DNA of 63,751 nucleotides, filler included, from Phoronis australis (Eukaryota; Animalia; Phoronida), in NCBI GenBank assembly GCA_002633005.1. It is 7 parts of 7 records of this genome, joined end to end, with 100 filler letters (N's around TTAATTAATTAA, not from the genome) between each part and the next. Parts side by side here need not be neighbours in the genome. Positions count along the whole stretch, not along the records: positions 1 to 20,247 come from NMRA01000641.1; positions 20,348 to 23,427 come from NMRA01003239.1; positions 23,528 to 27,532 come from NMRA01002751.1; 4 more parts are not named here. One strand, given 5' to 3'. Below are positions 10,824 to 23,924 of this stretch, piece by piece. Positions within the stretch are counted from its first letter, which is position 1, and each line of letters starts with the position of its first letter. Below the pieces are notes generated by a model that searched no databases, was not told the DNA's origin, and saw only the letters and a list, made by a program, of their open reading frames with translations. The position numbers and the translations under genes were made by a program.

Positions 10824-13800
10824 AGGTTGTCAGGCTCATACCACTTTGCGTGTCGATGAATATTCGTCTTAGCACAGGGTCAAATAAATTAACCTAGTTT
10901 TGCTGTCTCGGTTACTTGAGATCACGTGGGTTGTGTAAAACCACTACTTCGAAGGTTGAAGGCAAGCGGCATTAGTAAACATTGGATTATGGACAATGCA
11001 ACAAGTTTTGGATGAAAAAAGTGAAAGTTTTCTTTACATTTGATCTTTAATTTGACTCCTGACGTTAACAAATTGTATGAGATCGGTTGCTTCCCGGTCA
11101 ATACAACGCTGTATAGTCATTTTGTAAACGCGGCTGTTTTTCGCAGTCTTCGCCCACAATTGATTTTGTTTGTGTAACGCCAAACTGCATCGTTTTTGCG
11201 TGTTTTAAGTTATTCACCGGTGTCCTATCACGCGCCCATGATGAAGGATTAGTGAGTGAGTTGTTACACCGCGAAGAGTTCTCACTACGGGGATTTTATT
11301 TTCATAGCATTGACCCTTGCCGTACAGACGCGAAATTCACGGTCCAGTATGCCCTAAACACATGGACTTCGACGGCTCTAACTTCGAAATCATACTGTGG
11401 TTACGATTTCCACGAACTAAGACGGTGACATCAAACACGGAATGACCACTGTTGAGGCTACAGCTAATCAATTGTAGCTTTGCGCATTCTGTTTTCATGT
11501 ATCGGTGACGCTAAAATCTGGGCTAGTTACGTGTACACGTAGGCCCCTATCAGTTGGTCGTTCACGTTGTACCAAAAATAAATATTTTTCTGTCAACAAC
11601 ATATTGACAAATTATGTAAAATAAAACAATTGTGAACGGGAAGATGTGAGTACGTGGTGAAGAGGTATATGTCTCTACGCGACATATGTGCGTAAATCTT
11701 TGGTAAAGCGATTGCGATTGCGAAAAATGATAGAAAATACATCAAGGTGCACTTTTGAGAAGCAGAGCGTCTGGTGGTATTGATAGCGTATGATCTGGCC
11801 ACCTTAGGTAGTAAGTGACGCTGAATGAGTAGTGGCAACTACATGTTTGGCTTGTAACGCCACCCTCCCCGAGTTTTGCCAATTCTAATCAGTCACCACT
11901 CGAGATTTGGTTCCGTTTCAGTCCTAAAATCACAAAATAATTCTTCTGTGCTCAGCTGTAAGAAAAAATATATTTTTTTGAAATGGTGCTCAGTCTTAAA
12001 AAAAGTTTCCAGCATGAAAACGCTTTATCAGAAATGCCAAGCACACGCAGCGTTGTAAGACAGAGACGTTGGCGTTTCCGTATGTCCACGAAAGTGCTTT
12101 GTTCATTTCTCTTTTCTACACTGACGACTATGGTCAACACGGTGTTTTATAAAGTGCACTTTTAAGGGCATTTTCAAAAATAAATGTTTGGTTGATGAAT
12201 TCACCGAGTCGGTGCCCAACGGGCAGAAAACGTATCTGCGTAAAGAAAGAGTTGCGTTTTCAAAACATTCAGAGCATGAGCTCAAGGACTACCTGAAAAA
12301 ACGGAATACCAAACAGAAACTTTTCCGTTGATCATATAGCTTTTGCAAAACTGTTACCCCGAAAAAACGTGCAAAATTCGAACGTCATGTACGGAAGGTT
12401 GTACCAGAAGTGATTCGTTGCAGTGGAGCCGCCTTGGGATAGTAAAAACACTGTGATGTGCAATAGTTAGCTGAATGGAAAGCTGAAGCGGAAAATTCAG
12501 AACACACATTTTCTTTTCAATTGACAACCAGGATTTATTGCGTCAGAAAACTTATCACGCCAGGAGAGAATTCTTTTCATGCCCGGAGACTACGTGGTCA
12601 CCCATTATGCAATGATGGCAATCCAGTGTGTACCTATCCATTGGCATCCTAATTGTCACTGCAACAGCTATATCAGTTGGTACACCACTCTAGATTGCGC
12701 TGTCATGTAATGTTTATTTACAGGGTTAGATCAGAGCCCGTGTCATTGTATAACCTTCCGCCCCAATTGCCAGTCACCGAGCTGGTGAGCATACAAGCCA
12801 TTTAACATATTGAAGATTGGTCAAATATGATTGAAAAAAGAATTCTGGATTTTTAGACTAGTTACTTTTGGTCTTACTGTATTCCAAAAATTAAGAATTT
12901 GGCTAACATTAAAATGTAGAAGCATTCGGAATTATTTTTTGTGTACACCTGCCTTAAAATAGGTCAGTCATTAAAATTCCCCTTAGTTGCTTACATCACC
13001 AATACGTCAAAAAATTCTTGATACGTCATGTTCCCATTTTTGCTGATATATGGATTTGTTAAATTTAACTTTCTCCAGCGTTGATGTAATAAGAAATACA
13101 TGTAGCTTCATGTTCTCCTATGAAAGCTTGTCCCCTCTGTTTAAGGGACTACAACGGAAGACTTAATGAGGCGACCCCACTTTGTTTAAGAACTAGTTAA
13201 ACACCAAAATTCCATACAACAATGCTTGAAGAGATTCAAAAAAATAAGGAAACTACTCCAAAGCGAACTTAGCAATAGCGCCCAGCCAACGCCTACACCA
13301 TATTGTATTCAAGCTGTGGCCTTCCGACACTGAGTCATTCAAATAAATAAGCGGTTATGAGGACCATGTGTTCAGATAGAAAAGCTAACAATGATATTTT
13401 GACGGTCAAATTTTGTTCCGAGGATACGAACCTACGACAAGGGTCGTGTATTCTAGCAATTTTGATTATAGGGAAACGTTCTTCCGAAGTACATTCAGAA
13501 ACAACCGTGTATTTTAAAGTTGATGTTGAGTAAGGTGCCGTCTATGACGTTTACTTCGAGTGAACTATCTTGTGTAATAATGATGAAATTGCCTACGCCT
13601 GGTCGGCATCTGGTCGCCATCTCGTTTCCGACCAGTCGGATGAAAATTCCAGCACTCATCACACTGTGTTTTCAGTTTCACAAGATGACGAGCCATTGGT
13701 ACCTGTGGATCAGGCGAAGAACAATGTTGAAAACAAGTCCGCTTGTTTGGAATCCCCGATGTTGATCATCACTGTAGGTGCTGTTTTGCATTTGCTTTAC

Positions 13801-15515
13801 CATCAAGGACGGGAAACAAATGAAAGGAAGGAGTAGACAACATATTTTAAGGTCTGTCATGAACATATTCAGAGACGCAATGTACGGAAAATAAAGTTGA
13901 ATCAGTCAAGTCCCTAAATACACGAGTATTCCACTATGACATCTCAATCTCTGCCTTCGTTTGACTGAACGTGTTCGTGTAAATGCCTTATTCTGTGTTA
14001 ACGCTTGGTATGTACGGCGCAAGGTATTTGTGCAATGGACTTATCAATTTAATCACTTTGATGACAGTCAAACCTTGGCGGGAAAGGATGTGTTTATATT
14101 CTCCTTAAATCAAGTGCTCGATAAAAAAGTCGACCGCCCGTCATAATAGGCTTAATAATACGATAAACGTATGAAAATTATATCCCAATTTCGGGGTTAA
14201 ATTCTCCTACTTTATGAACCCTCACGAATGGGTCAAGGAATTATTTTAAATGGCAAGATACCGACTCCGTTGTAGTTGCTCGCAAATGCAACACGCAATC
14301 CTTGGGAACTTTTGGGAATGCAGTAATATGTTTAATTGTACACTACTGTCAATATAATGTATTAAAAGTCATTAAAATATTTCCCACTTTCCGAGTGATA
14401 CGCAGGCTGGCAAATAAATGGCTTTATTTTATTTTACCTGAATTTAAACAATACCCATTGTGCAAGGGAACGGCATTCTAATTTAATGATAAGTATGGCT
14501 CTTGGTGACGTTGTTCGCACAGACTCGTCCGACATTTATTCTCCCATTGCATTCAAGTAAGACCAATTTTTTAGCAAATGACTGATCACAAAAAATGCTT
14601 TGCCATCTGCAATGAACACGAGAGATTCCCAAANCACACACACACATATATATATATATATCAGGGAGCATCGAGTATGTTACGGGATCTTCATAGGTCT
14701 ATACGACAATCATTCTCGAGACGAAAAGATGTTCAGATTAAGGACAGTACTAGAGATTGGGGAAACGACCTACGAGATGTTATGCTTATTCACATGCAGC
14801 GCATTTTGCATGAGTATTTTTACGGACAACCAAGAACAGCAGCAGAACTAGATCATCTCAACAGAGGCCTCTCTTTAACTCCACATGAGTGCAACAACTA
14901 CGAAAGTAAAACTCGCAAGAACAACAGTATTTGGACGCCCCGGTGTTAACTTAGATGTATAAACCAAATCCGGGGTTTAGTTTTTTAATTAGAAATATTA
15001 CTTTGAATCAGTTTTTGGCCACAATAAGATTAAAAACCAGACGATCGCCGCACAAATAACAAAGTTCATGTTCAAATATTTGCTACCATTGTGATCTAAC
15101 CAATCAGAGTACCGTTTGATGGTTTATAGCTTCAGCAGTCATTTACAGCGCTCATTTCGAATAGTGGTTCTCAACATTTTGAGATGCCCTTTAGGCTAAA
15201 GAATTGTTACTGGCCCACGCGGAAAACTCCAGTAACTACATGTAATTGAGGCTTTGCGTTTATTCTATTCTTGTAGGTCTGCTGGATCTTGAATCCGCAG
15301 TGTTCATTGTTAAACTGCAACGGCTGCTTTGTGCTGGTTTCGGCAATGCGGGTTCAAGTCCCGTGTGCTAGCCGTATTGACTATTTTGTAACGTTTTGAC
15401 AACATTGTTTGGTTTTGTCGTCTGAAAAACGTTATTAATCGTATATCAATTCAACAATGTATCGGTTAAACGAAGCTGGCGCGTTATAGTATCCCCACAC
15501 TAGTAGTAATTGGAG

Positions 15516-16731
15516 ATGGCTGAGGCAGCGAATAACGAAGAAACCGACTATGATTTACTGTCTTCGGTGTCCCAGAAATCTCCGGAATCAATATCGAACA
15601 AAAAAAACCGACCTGTTAGCTCGTAGGGAAGCTCTAAAAGACGAATTCAAAATTAAGCAGGAACGGTTATTTTTGGAAGCTAGAGCCAAGGAGATACTGT
15701 TAACGACGAAAATTAAAGAAACACAAGCCAGACAAGAAGAGTTGGACGAAATGAACCCCAATTTTAGTACAAAACCTATGTTCCAAATGGCGTCGTCACC
15801 CGTGCCATCGTCGATGTTTAAGCCACCTGCTGTTCATCATTCGTCAAAAACCTTGCTACACATTGCCAATTCTGTTATTGAGACGGCGTCACAGGCCACT
15901 CATTCCACGCCGACGTCAGAGCAGCCTGTTGCACGCGTGATGGTTACTTCCTGATCACAGGACGTCAATTCTATGGAGCTGGTGGAGCCACTGTCTGTTA
16001 CTTTCACACAAGTGACTGCGCCACATGTTGATCACCCACGCCGACGTCCACGGCAACGGGTGCTAAATATTCGTCGGTGTTCGTGCCCATTAGTACGAAG
16101 TCGATATCAGTGATGCCTTGTATGCGTCCAACGCCAACGCTATTACCAGCTATTTCATCGGCCATGCCCATTACTACGGCATTCCACAGAATCCCGGTTT
16201 CGGGGACAACGCCAGCGGTTCCGTTTCCTATATCAGGGCCAACCTCTCCTACCAGCCGTACACCCTGTCAGCACCAATACAGGTCAGTAGTTTTTACGCT
16301 CCCCCCTACACGTGCATCTATTCCTCCAGCCCATGTTGTCGCCTTCCATCCGGGTACACATTTAGATCCTGTTTATTGCTCATACAATGGCATCCGTAAC
16401 CCGAGGCCGTCGGCACCGGTGTTTCTACCCACAATTCCAAATCTATTAGTGAATAGATCTAATATTCAAAGTTAAGACGTTCTTGCTACCTGTAAGCAAC
16501 TGGCTTCTTCACTAGCGTTGCCAAATACGGAGGTCTCCACCTTCTGTGGAGAAGTGATGGAGTACCAAGTTTTCACCATGTCGTTTGACGCTCGCATGGG
16601 AAGTAAACTAATTTCTTATTCTGACCTGTTCTATTACTTGGACCAGCATTTGACAGGTGAGCCCAAATATCTTACAGGTGGATGTTCATATATGGAATCA
16701 CACACAGGTTATGCCATTGCGAGGCAGCTAT
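15516..16731 (+). mobile_element. BEL/Pao LTR-retrotransposon gag relic (frameshifted, truncated)
   Basis: ATG at 15516 (MAEAANNEETDYD...) frameshifts into a coiled-coil KTDLLARREALKDEFKIKQERLFLEAR, then a Pro/Ser/Thr-rich linker, then LPNTEVSTFCGEVMEYQVFTMSFDARMGSKLISYSDLFYYLDQHLTGEPK...GYAIARQL, typical of the Pao gag DUF1759 domain. It is cut at 16732 by another repeat. Confidence 0.8.
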
Positions 16732-17145
16732 AGCACACATCACGAATTTTTGTTCGACCGGTCGGCAATTGGACGAAGACCGGTCGAAGACCAAATGTCT
16801 TACCGAACAGCAACCGACCAACAACGGTTGGCTAGGAGCCGTCTGCTGAGTCGCCTCTGCGGTCGGCACTTGGGTAGGCAAAGTGGTCGCCTAGTGTAGA
16901 CGACCAATTCTGATTAAGCGTGTCGTTGGTCGGCAGTTACCATTTTGCAGCACACATCACGATTTTTTGTCCGACCGGTAGGAATTTGGTCAACGACCGG
17001 CTGTCGACCGGTCGGCAAACTAGCCGACCGGTCGGCTAAGAACAGCCACACGCATTGTCGACTCATATTGCGACTCCCCCACTCCTTTAGCCGACACTTC
17101 AGCTGGTCGGCTGCTATTTTTAGTCTACAGTAGCAGTTGCGTAAT
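16732..17145. repeat. Two tandem units of the CGACCGGTCG-rich repeat inserted at the end of the BEL gag
   Basis: Units start (c)agcacacatcacga at 16732 and 16948. The second matches 10617-10823. Confidence 0.75.
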
Positions 17146-17148
17146 TGT

Positions 17149-19862
17149 CCAGATAGCATGCTGACGGTGGTCTGAAGCCGGTCCGACGACTCACGTTACT
17201 TCGGACCAACGTGATTTTGTCCATCGGATGAACGTTGTAACAACGTCGTAACAGCGTCGCAGTCGGGCCGCCAATGACCTGACGTTGGTCCGACTGCCGA
17301 CAAATAATCGACGACGGTACGACCTGGGGCCAACGGAAGAAATACGTCCCTTTACCGACGTCGCGCCAATTCAATTCCGACCACTTATCAACGTCCCGCC
17401 ACCCTGCAAGCGATTGTTTACCGACGTCGCACCAACTTAGAGGCTACTGTTCGCCAACGTCGCACCAACGTAGAGGCGGCTGTTCGCCAACGTTGCACCA
17501 ACTAACGGGCAACTGTTTGCCAACGACGCACCGACCTTCGACTTTTCAGCCACCCGCTTTCCCGCCTGCTCCCATAGAGGACATGTACTGATTTAACGAT
17601 TAAATCAGAACGTCATCTATGGGAGCAGTTGGAAAACGCAGGTTGTTAAAATGTTTCTGGTAGGTTCGACGGTGGTAAACGGTCGAGAACATGTTAAGAA
17701 CAGTCAGGGCAACTCAACCAACTGGAGGTGACAACAATGCTCGGATTGTACATCAGGATATGCACAGCATGCACTGTGTCATTAAAGGCATTCCTGTGTT
17801 CTTTAAGCATTCTATTAAAGCAAATCAATACCAGAAGTGATGAATACTACAAATGGTATATGATGAAGTAAATCATAAAAATCAACTATTTGCACAAAAG
17901 AAAACTTTCAAAGATGCAAATATCTCATTATAACCTTAAATATTTAAATTTGTGGCAAGCCTGGGATAGTGACTTTCATGAGAGCTGTTGTAACATTATA
18001 ACTACACTGTAGGAGAAACAAGCATTTCACCCATAAAGCTTAACAAATACTATACGCGCAACCGGGTGGCTCAAACAAGCCCCCTCCATTTGACAGGATG
18101 GGCAAAAGAATCGGCTATGTAGAAACAAAAACACCGAAGAAAGTAGAAAACAAAAGTCCACTAAAAAGGCAGGAACAACAACAATTCCAGGAATGCAAAA
18201 TTCCTAGCTCTGAACGTACCCCTGAATCTGAGTAGAAGCTCCTCATTCTCAAAAATTCAACCCCCCCCCCATTTTTGGCTGGGTGCGTACATGAATACTA
18301 GACTAAAAATAATGCTGATTTCAAAGCCTGAGCTTATATTTCAAAGAATACTCAAAAGTATGTTGGGTTTGGAACAAAAAATAAAATTGATCATTGTTCC
18401 ATTAGCGTAATTGTTACCAAAGTCAGCTTTCCAGTAATTACACTTTCATTGCAGGACATAAAATGGAGAAACATGAGCAAATCAACAAACTTACTGTAAT
18501 TATTATGACTACAAGAATTATGCGTATGCCAAACATTTGGTAAAATACAACAAAAACATTTCCAATGATACTTAAACAGGGTTCCATGGGGCACAATGAA
18601 AAACATAGGACATGAGCTGTAAGTCGATAAGCTAAAATACAGATATGTGCCTAAAATAGCAATAGTAAATAATTAATGCTAAACATTTCAATGAAAAACT
18701 GAATGTTAATCAAGCTTTGAAATATAGAGCACTTGAATTTAAAGCAATTTTAGCAACTGCAGCAATGCATTTCTTTCAACTGTCTCAGAATGTAAGTTGA
18801 AGATTTCTCTCAACACAGAGTCTTCATAAGAACTCATGCCCAAGCAGTATAAACTTTTAAAAAGACTTAACAGAATGTTAGAATTTGACCAGATTGAAAC
18901 ATATCAGTTCGAAATTGAGATGCCATCTGCAAGTTCAATAAAATACGAAATATTTTTAATCAGGCATAAAGAAGTACTCCCAGTTAAACCTTTATGCAAG
19001 AAGGCCCAAATTAATATGCACTGCAGAACCAATCTGTATCTTGTTCGTCACTACCAAGTTTCTGTACGTTATCTAAAACTTGCACAGCTTTCCCTACAAA
19101 TTCAAATATAATGAAACTGTGTTTTGAATTAATTACGAAGCAAATTCATCAAAAACATATGTTGAGGTCTTTGGTTTCATATTTAAAAAGTTTAATTTTA
19201 GGGTTAGCTTGTTATGAAAAAAAATAAACTTCTCTGTAATAAGGAATATTACTATAAAAGTTGAAAAAATCAGTTTGTACACAATGCTAGAAAGACTATG
19301 TGTTCAAAATGTGCCAAATCATCAATTTTAAAACCTATAACATTGTTGTTTACCTGTTCGTTACTTCCTATCTTCTGTCACCGACTCTGTCGCCAGCATA
19401 TTTCAGCTCAGTACTCCAGCCTTCATTTCAATTGATCTTCAGTTTCTGACACCTTTACCTTGCATCTTTAAATTTCAAACAGAAATATCCTATTACATGT
19501 ATATGTAATTATTAAAAAATGACACCGTTAAAAGTACAACTGAAGAAGCTAAGCATTAAAGAGTTTATTGTTCAACTTTCTCACGGCTATAATTACAGAG
19601 GTTTAAACATTTTTACATTTTACAACAATGAGGAAACTATTGATGTGCAGGAAATTTACTTACCAGTAGCATACTTAATTTCTGCATGTTGTATGACCCA
19701 GTCCACCTCAGGCTATTTCTTCTGCTGTGCCGCCTTTAAAGGTTACTTCGCTTTCAGAGAGTTGACGGTGGCAGGTTGCAATCATCTCCCTTCACTCAAA
19801 CCTAAAACATGGGTACTACATCTACAATGCCCTCACCAGCAAAATACACAACAGCATATATT
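17149..19862 (-). mobile_element. CMC/EnSpm-like DNA transposon relic with a pseudogenised accessory gene
   Basis: Terminus-like CCAGATAGCA at 17149 is followed by CCAACG-rich subterminal repeats (to ~17540). A minus-strand spliced pseudo-exon at 19664-19862 reads YAVVYFAGEGIVDVVPMF*V*VKGDDCNLPP...PEVDWVIQHAEIKYAT, resembling the N-terminus of EnSpm-associated (DUF4806-type) proteins. A further exon-like piece lies at ~19353-19470. Confidence 0.5.
18051..18293. mobile_element. hAT-like MITE (same family as 25943-26192)
   Basis: 18241-18293 is the reverse complement of the 25943-25995 end (CATG..CGCACCCAGCC...GGGGGG...AATTTTTGAGAATG). Confidence 0.55.
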
Positions 19863-20124
19863 CTGAAAGACAATGAGTACCAATCAATAACGTGTTAAAA
19901 TAGTCATAAGCAAGTCTTATCATTGTTCTTCCACGATTAAGTCTAATTACTACGGCTGTCCTTGGCCTGGGAATGAAAAATTGATAAATCCTGTATCCGC
20001 CTCGTAAGCGTTACAAGCTTATAAATGCCATCGAAGAAGATAAATAAACTAACAGCTTATTATTTAAAATGACTTATTCTTATTAAAATGACATAGGCAA
20101 AAAATTGAATTTCGGACCTCAAAA

Positions 20125-20247
20125 GCGAGGCCTCCAATATTAATATAGGATGCCCCGCCGAAAGGAGGTCGGAGAGCGGGGCCCTCTATATTAATATAGA
20201 AGGTCCCGCTCTCCGGTCGCCTTTCGGCGGGGCCCTCTATATTAATA
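20125..20247. repeat. Alternating inverted-repeat (foldback) array running into a gap
   Basis: ccccgccgaaagg..cggagagcggg..ctatattaatatag..cccgctctccg..cctttcggcgggg forms a hairpin. The tattaata core recurs three times. Confidence 0.7.
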
Positions 20248-20347
20248 NNNNNNNNNNNNNNNNNNNNNNNNNNNNNNNNNNNNNNNNNNNNTTAATTAAT
20301 TAANNNNNNNNNNNNNNNNNNNNNNNNNNNNNNNNNNNNNNNNNNNN
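20248..20347. other. Artificial contig spacer N44-TTAATTAATTAA-N44
   Basis: Identical 100-nt spacer with stops in all six frames, repeated six times in the window. Confidence 0.97.
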
Positions 20348-23300
20348 CCCCCCTCAAAAAAACAAGATTAACTTGGAAGGTAAACTTTGGCCATATGCGG
20401 ATTCCCAGTGAAACAAAAATGTAAGCACTGGAATTTGTGGAAAATGACTTTGGGAGTGGGTGCTGTACATGGGAGATAACAACCAGTTCTATTTTCCACA
20501 TGCCTAGTAAATCAGTGCACCTCGAGATTTCTGAGGCCAGTTGCTAGGTACGTGTGACAGATACAGTGTATGCGAACTCCTCCACTCGTTCGAAAAAGTG
20601 ATCCGCCCAAGGCCAAACAAAAATAGAATTTCGAACCTTTCTCCGGCATTTCATGGAGACAAACAGCATCACTGAAACGCCGTTTGTTGATCTATTGTGA
20701 TTGAAATACAAGATGGCGGTGCAAAGACTACCCCCGGCGACGACCATGTGGTTATTGATAATGCCGGCATTTTCATCCCATACGGCAATTAAATAGTTCA
20801 GGCTACTGGTATCGACATCGTGTATATGTGGGTCAAACTAATGAAATACAAGACACTTTGCCAACATTGACTGTATGACCGTCATTTCGTCCCGGGAGGC
20901 CACTGCCACCGGTCCGCTATCGTCAAACTTTGGGGGAGACGGTAACGTATGTCACAGACTACTAAGTAACGACCGGAAGACAATTTATGTCGTAACAACT
21001 AGTGACAAATGATTGATAGATAAGTATAAAGTCAAAAATTGATGTCTGTAGTCTTTTTTACTTAAAACCCATAGTTTCGTGGATAGTTGAGTAAGTAAAT
21101 AAGCTTGTTAAGGTCCTACATAACGGTAAACCGTAATACCCTAGCACAGAGTAACTGACTCATTTGAGTTCGGATTGAAATAGAAGGGAAAATATTAAAG
21201 TCCTTCTCTCAAACTGCCCATGTGGTTCCAGTATCCGAAAATACTTACTACATAAAATCTTATTTTCGACACCCTTTCTTTATATTTTTTTCGCCTTTCT
21301 TGCCAAAAACGATTTTTTAACAGTATTTGACCCTTCTCTGCGAGCGTATAATTACCGGCTGTCATCGGTTATTTCCGTACCCACATTTCCGGCTCATCAG
21401 TTCAGGAACGTGTCCTGAACGCCGCCATTTTTTCCTTGTAACTGGATGTGCTATGGCTTGCTCGAAAAGTCTTCATTATTTTGTTTTATTAGTAATATCT
21501 CGTGATTTGTTTGCACATGTAGTGTATTTATAGTTTGTAGTTAGTGGTCGTTGAATTTTTTTGGAATGTTACGCGTACTTAGTATGTTAAAATAGCATTG
21601 GTGTTTAGTTCCTTACGTAGGCCGGTCGAACCTAGGAACCAATATGGGTCGAACCAATTTTTTTCGGTTTTATTTTTCTCGTTTTGAAAAAGTATTTTGC
21701 TGTCATCGGAAAGGTAGTACATTCTACTCAGTAAAAATCGAAAAAGTATCAAAATCGGGGCAAGCAGTGTAAAGTTATTACAAGTTTTGTGGCGAAATTT
21801 GGGTCACTTTGTTTGGATCGCATCGGCCATATTGGAGGACAGCGGGATAAGTTACGAGTTTAAAACTTTGTGTAAATTGTTTTCGCCAACAAATTACGGT
21901 GAAATTTAGTTAGACATATTTTTACTTACTATTCTGCACGATTTAACAGTGTTCACCAAATTTCAGCCTCGCAGTTGTTACTCATTAAGTGATAAATGTG
22001 CTCACAATTCCCGTTGGACTTCGTCTCATTTCTGGCGGCACCGACAACATGGCGACTTTTGCTGAACTCAAAGGCATGTTCAATCGGCTACTTTGTAATT
22101 TGTGAAGATTTAACGTTGATGCATTTTGACAAACGTTGCTACAAAAAAGAAACTTTGTTCAATTTTCGTGTTTTTGTGCAAAAATATAAGATATATTCGA
22201 ATTATTTTACTGTAAATTTCCCATTCAGGTGATCTTACAATAAGCTAAAAAAAATAATTGAAATAATTTTGAAATTGTTTTTTGTTTGACTGTCAACTGC
22301 TGTTCAAGACTTGATTCGGTGTCACAAAATGATTCATACTTTTCTAAATTTTAAGTCTCAATTGCTTTCAAGTCATGTTTTGTAACTTATTGCTTCTTAA
22401 TTCAGGTTATCAAGTCAACAATATGAATAATCTTAATTTGAGAAATAAGCTATGTTGGATTGTGAAGCTTCAAGCCTCCAATTCGTGTTCCTTGCAACTT
22501 CCTATTTTTTTAAATGATGCTTGTCAAATTCTGGTGTAAGGAAACACTATTCCGTCACGATGGTAATAGTTACATGTATTTCCACTTTCATACCATGGAA
22601 ACTGTTGCTGTTGAATAGTGTTTGTAATGCTAAATGTTGTAAAGTATTGTGCATTTTAAGTTACTTATTATGTTAAAAGTTTGAATCATTTTGGGTTAAT
22701 GAATAAAAAATGATAACATGTTGTATTGGACTTGTCATACTTATGTGCTCGAACGAGCCCACTTTTTGGAGAACTGGAAAAAGGTCTGCCTCAGTCACAG
22801 AAGCACGAATTCCGAAAAAGTAGAAAATGAGACAATATTCCACTAGAAGACAGGAAGTACCAAAATTTAGCGTCTGCAATTCATAGCTGTGAATATACCC
22901 ACTGAATCTTATAGTAAAAGATAGACAGTCCCAAAAATTCCAGCCCCCCATTCTTTTAGGCTTGGTGCGCTCATACAAAGTCTGGGAAAATCTCTATTGA
23001 AAACCAACAACTTTGCAAAGTTCGCCAGAAGTACCCAAGTTATAAATAAACCTAGTTTGAGCGAGCGCTGTGGCCAGCGACCAGTAGGCCTAAGGGTAGC
23101 CTTGGCGCAAAGCTGTATAGGCCTACTAACAAGCTGTATTTTGACGATAGTCTTCACTGGTAGCTGGTGACTCCGGCTAACTATCTGCCGCGGCAGTGTG
23201 ACACAGGACTAACCAGCCCGTAATTTCATGCAAGTGTCTGAAACTACCCTTGAATATACATGTATGCAGCATTTATGATTTGACCATTTTACTTCGACAA

Positions 23301-23427
23301 AACAGCTTGCAACCGCATGCATTTACCGTTCGCCAGTGGCTGGTCTCGATTCACACCGGGTCCGATAGGCTGCGGTCCCGAGTCTGGCAAAATAATTTCT
23401 GTCAAAATTTATTCGCCACATTTCTTC

Positions 23428-23527
23428 NNNNNNNNNNNNNNNNNNNNNNNNNNNNNNNNNNNNNNNNNNNNTTAATTAATTAANNNNNNNNNNNNNNNNN
23501 NNNNNNNNNNNNNNNNNNNNNNNNNNN
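23428..23527. other. Artificial contig spacer
   Basis: N44-TTAATTAATTAA-N44. Confidence 0.97.
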
Positions 23528-23924
23528 CTGCGTTCTTCACATGAACGAGCTAGCCAAGTATGGCGAAGTGTGTCATCCTTCGGAAAGCGACGCAAGGTAC
23601 ACAAAGCGCGTGTGAGACGATAATGAGTACATCCCGGCACGCAGCAACAGCGTGGCATGTTGACTGACTTGTAAACAAAAGCAAACGGCGACCTAACTTA
23701 TCACAACCGAGGTAGAACAATGACTGACTCGACTGCTCTCACAGTCAGACTATAATGAAAAGAAATTGGCGCGATACTATTGCCTCCCAAAACGTCACTT
23801 CCGGAGTAGAGGACGATAAATTAATCAAATTAAAAAAAGCTGTAATTAAGTGAAAACTGTGTCTGGGATAATCAACGAACCTTATTTTTGCTAAAAGTGA
23901 CATGAAAAAAGGTTGCCTTCGTCT
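23528..23924 (-). mobile_element. Kolobok-like transposon 5' end with a THAP-domain ORF (truncated by gap)
   Basis: The minus strand starts TTAA|AGACGAAGGCAACC. The ORF from 23658, MPRCCCVPGCTHYRLTRALCTLRRFPKDDTLRHTWLAR, is a classic THAP start (CCVPGC..RFPKD..W). Confidence 0.75.

Noticed and set aside
13520-13836. Terminal exon of a membrane/GPI-type protein
   Set aside because: Hydrophobic tail is present, but there are two in-frame stops after the candidate acceptor and no recognisable domain.
21611-23095. 1.5-kb DNA transposon with CCTTA..GGTCG termini
   Set aside because: It looks repeat-like, but the terminal match is too imperfect to define boundaries or class.
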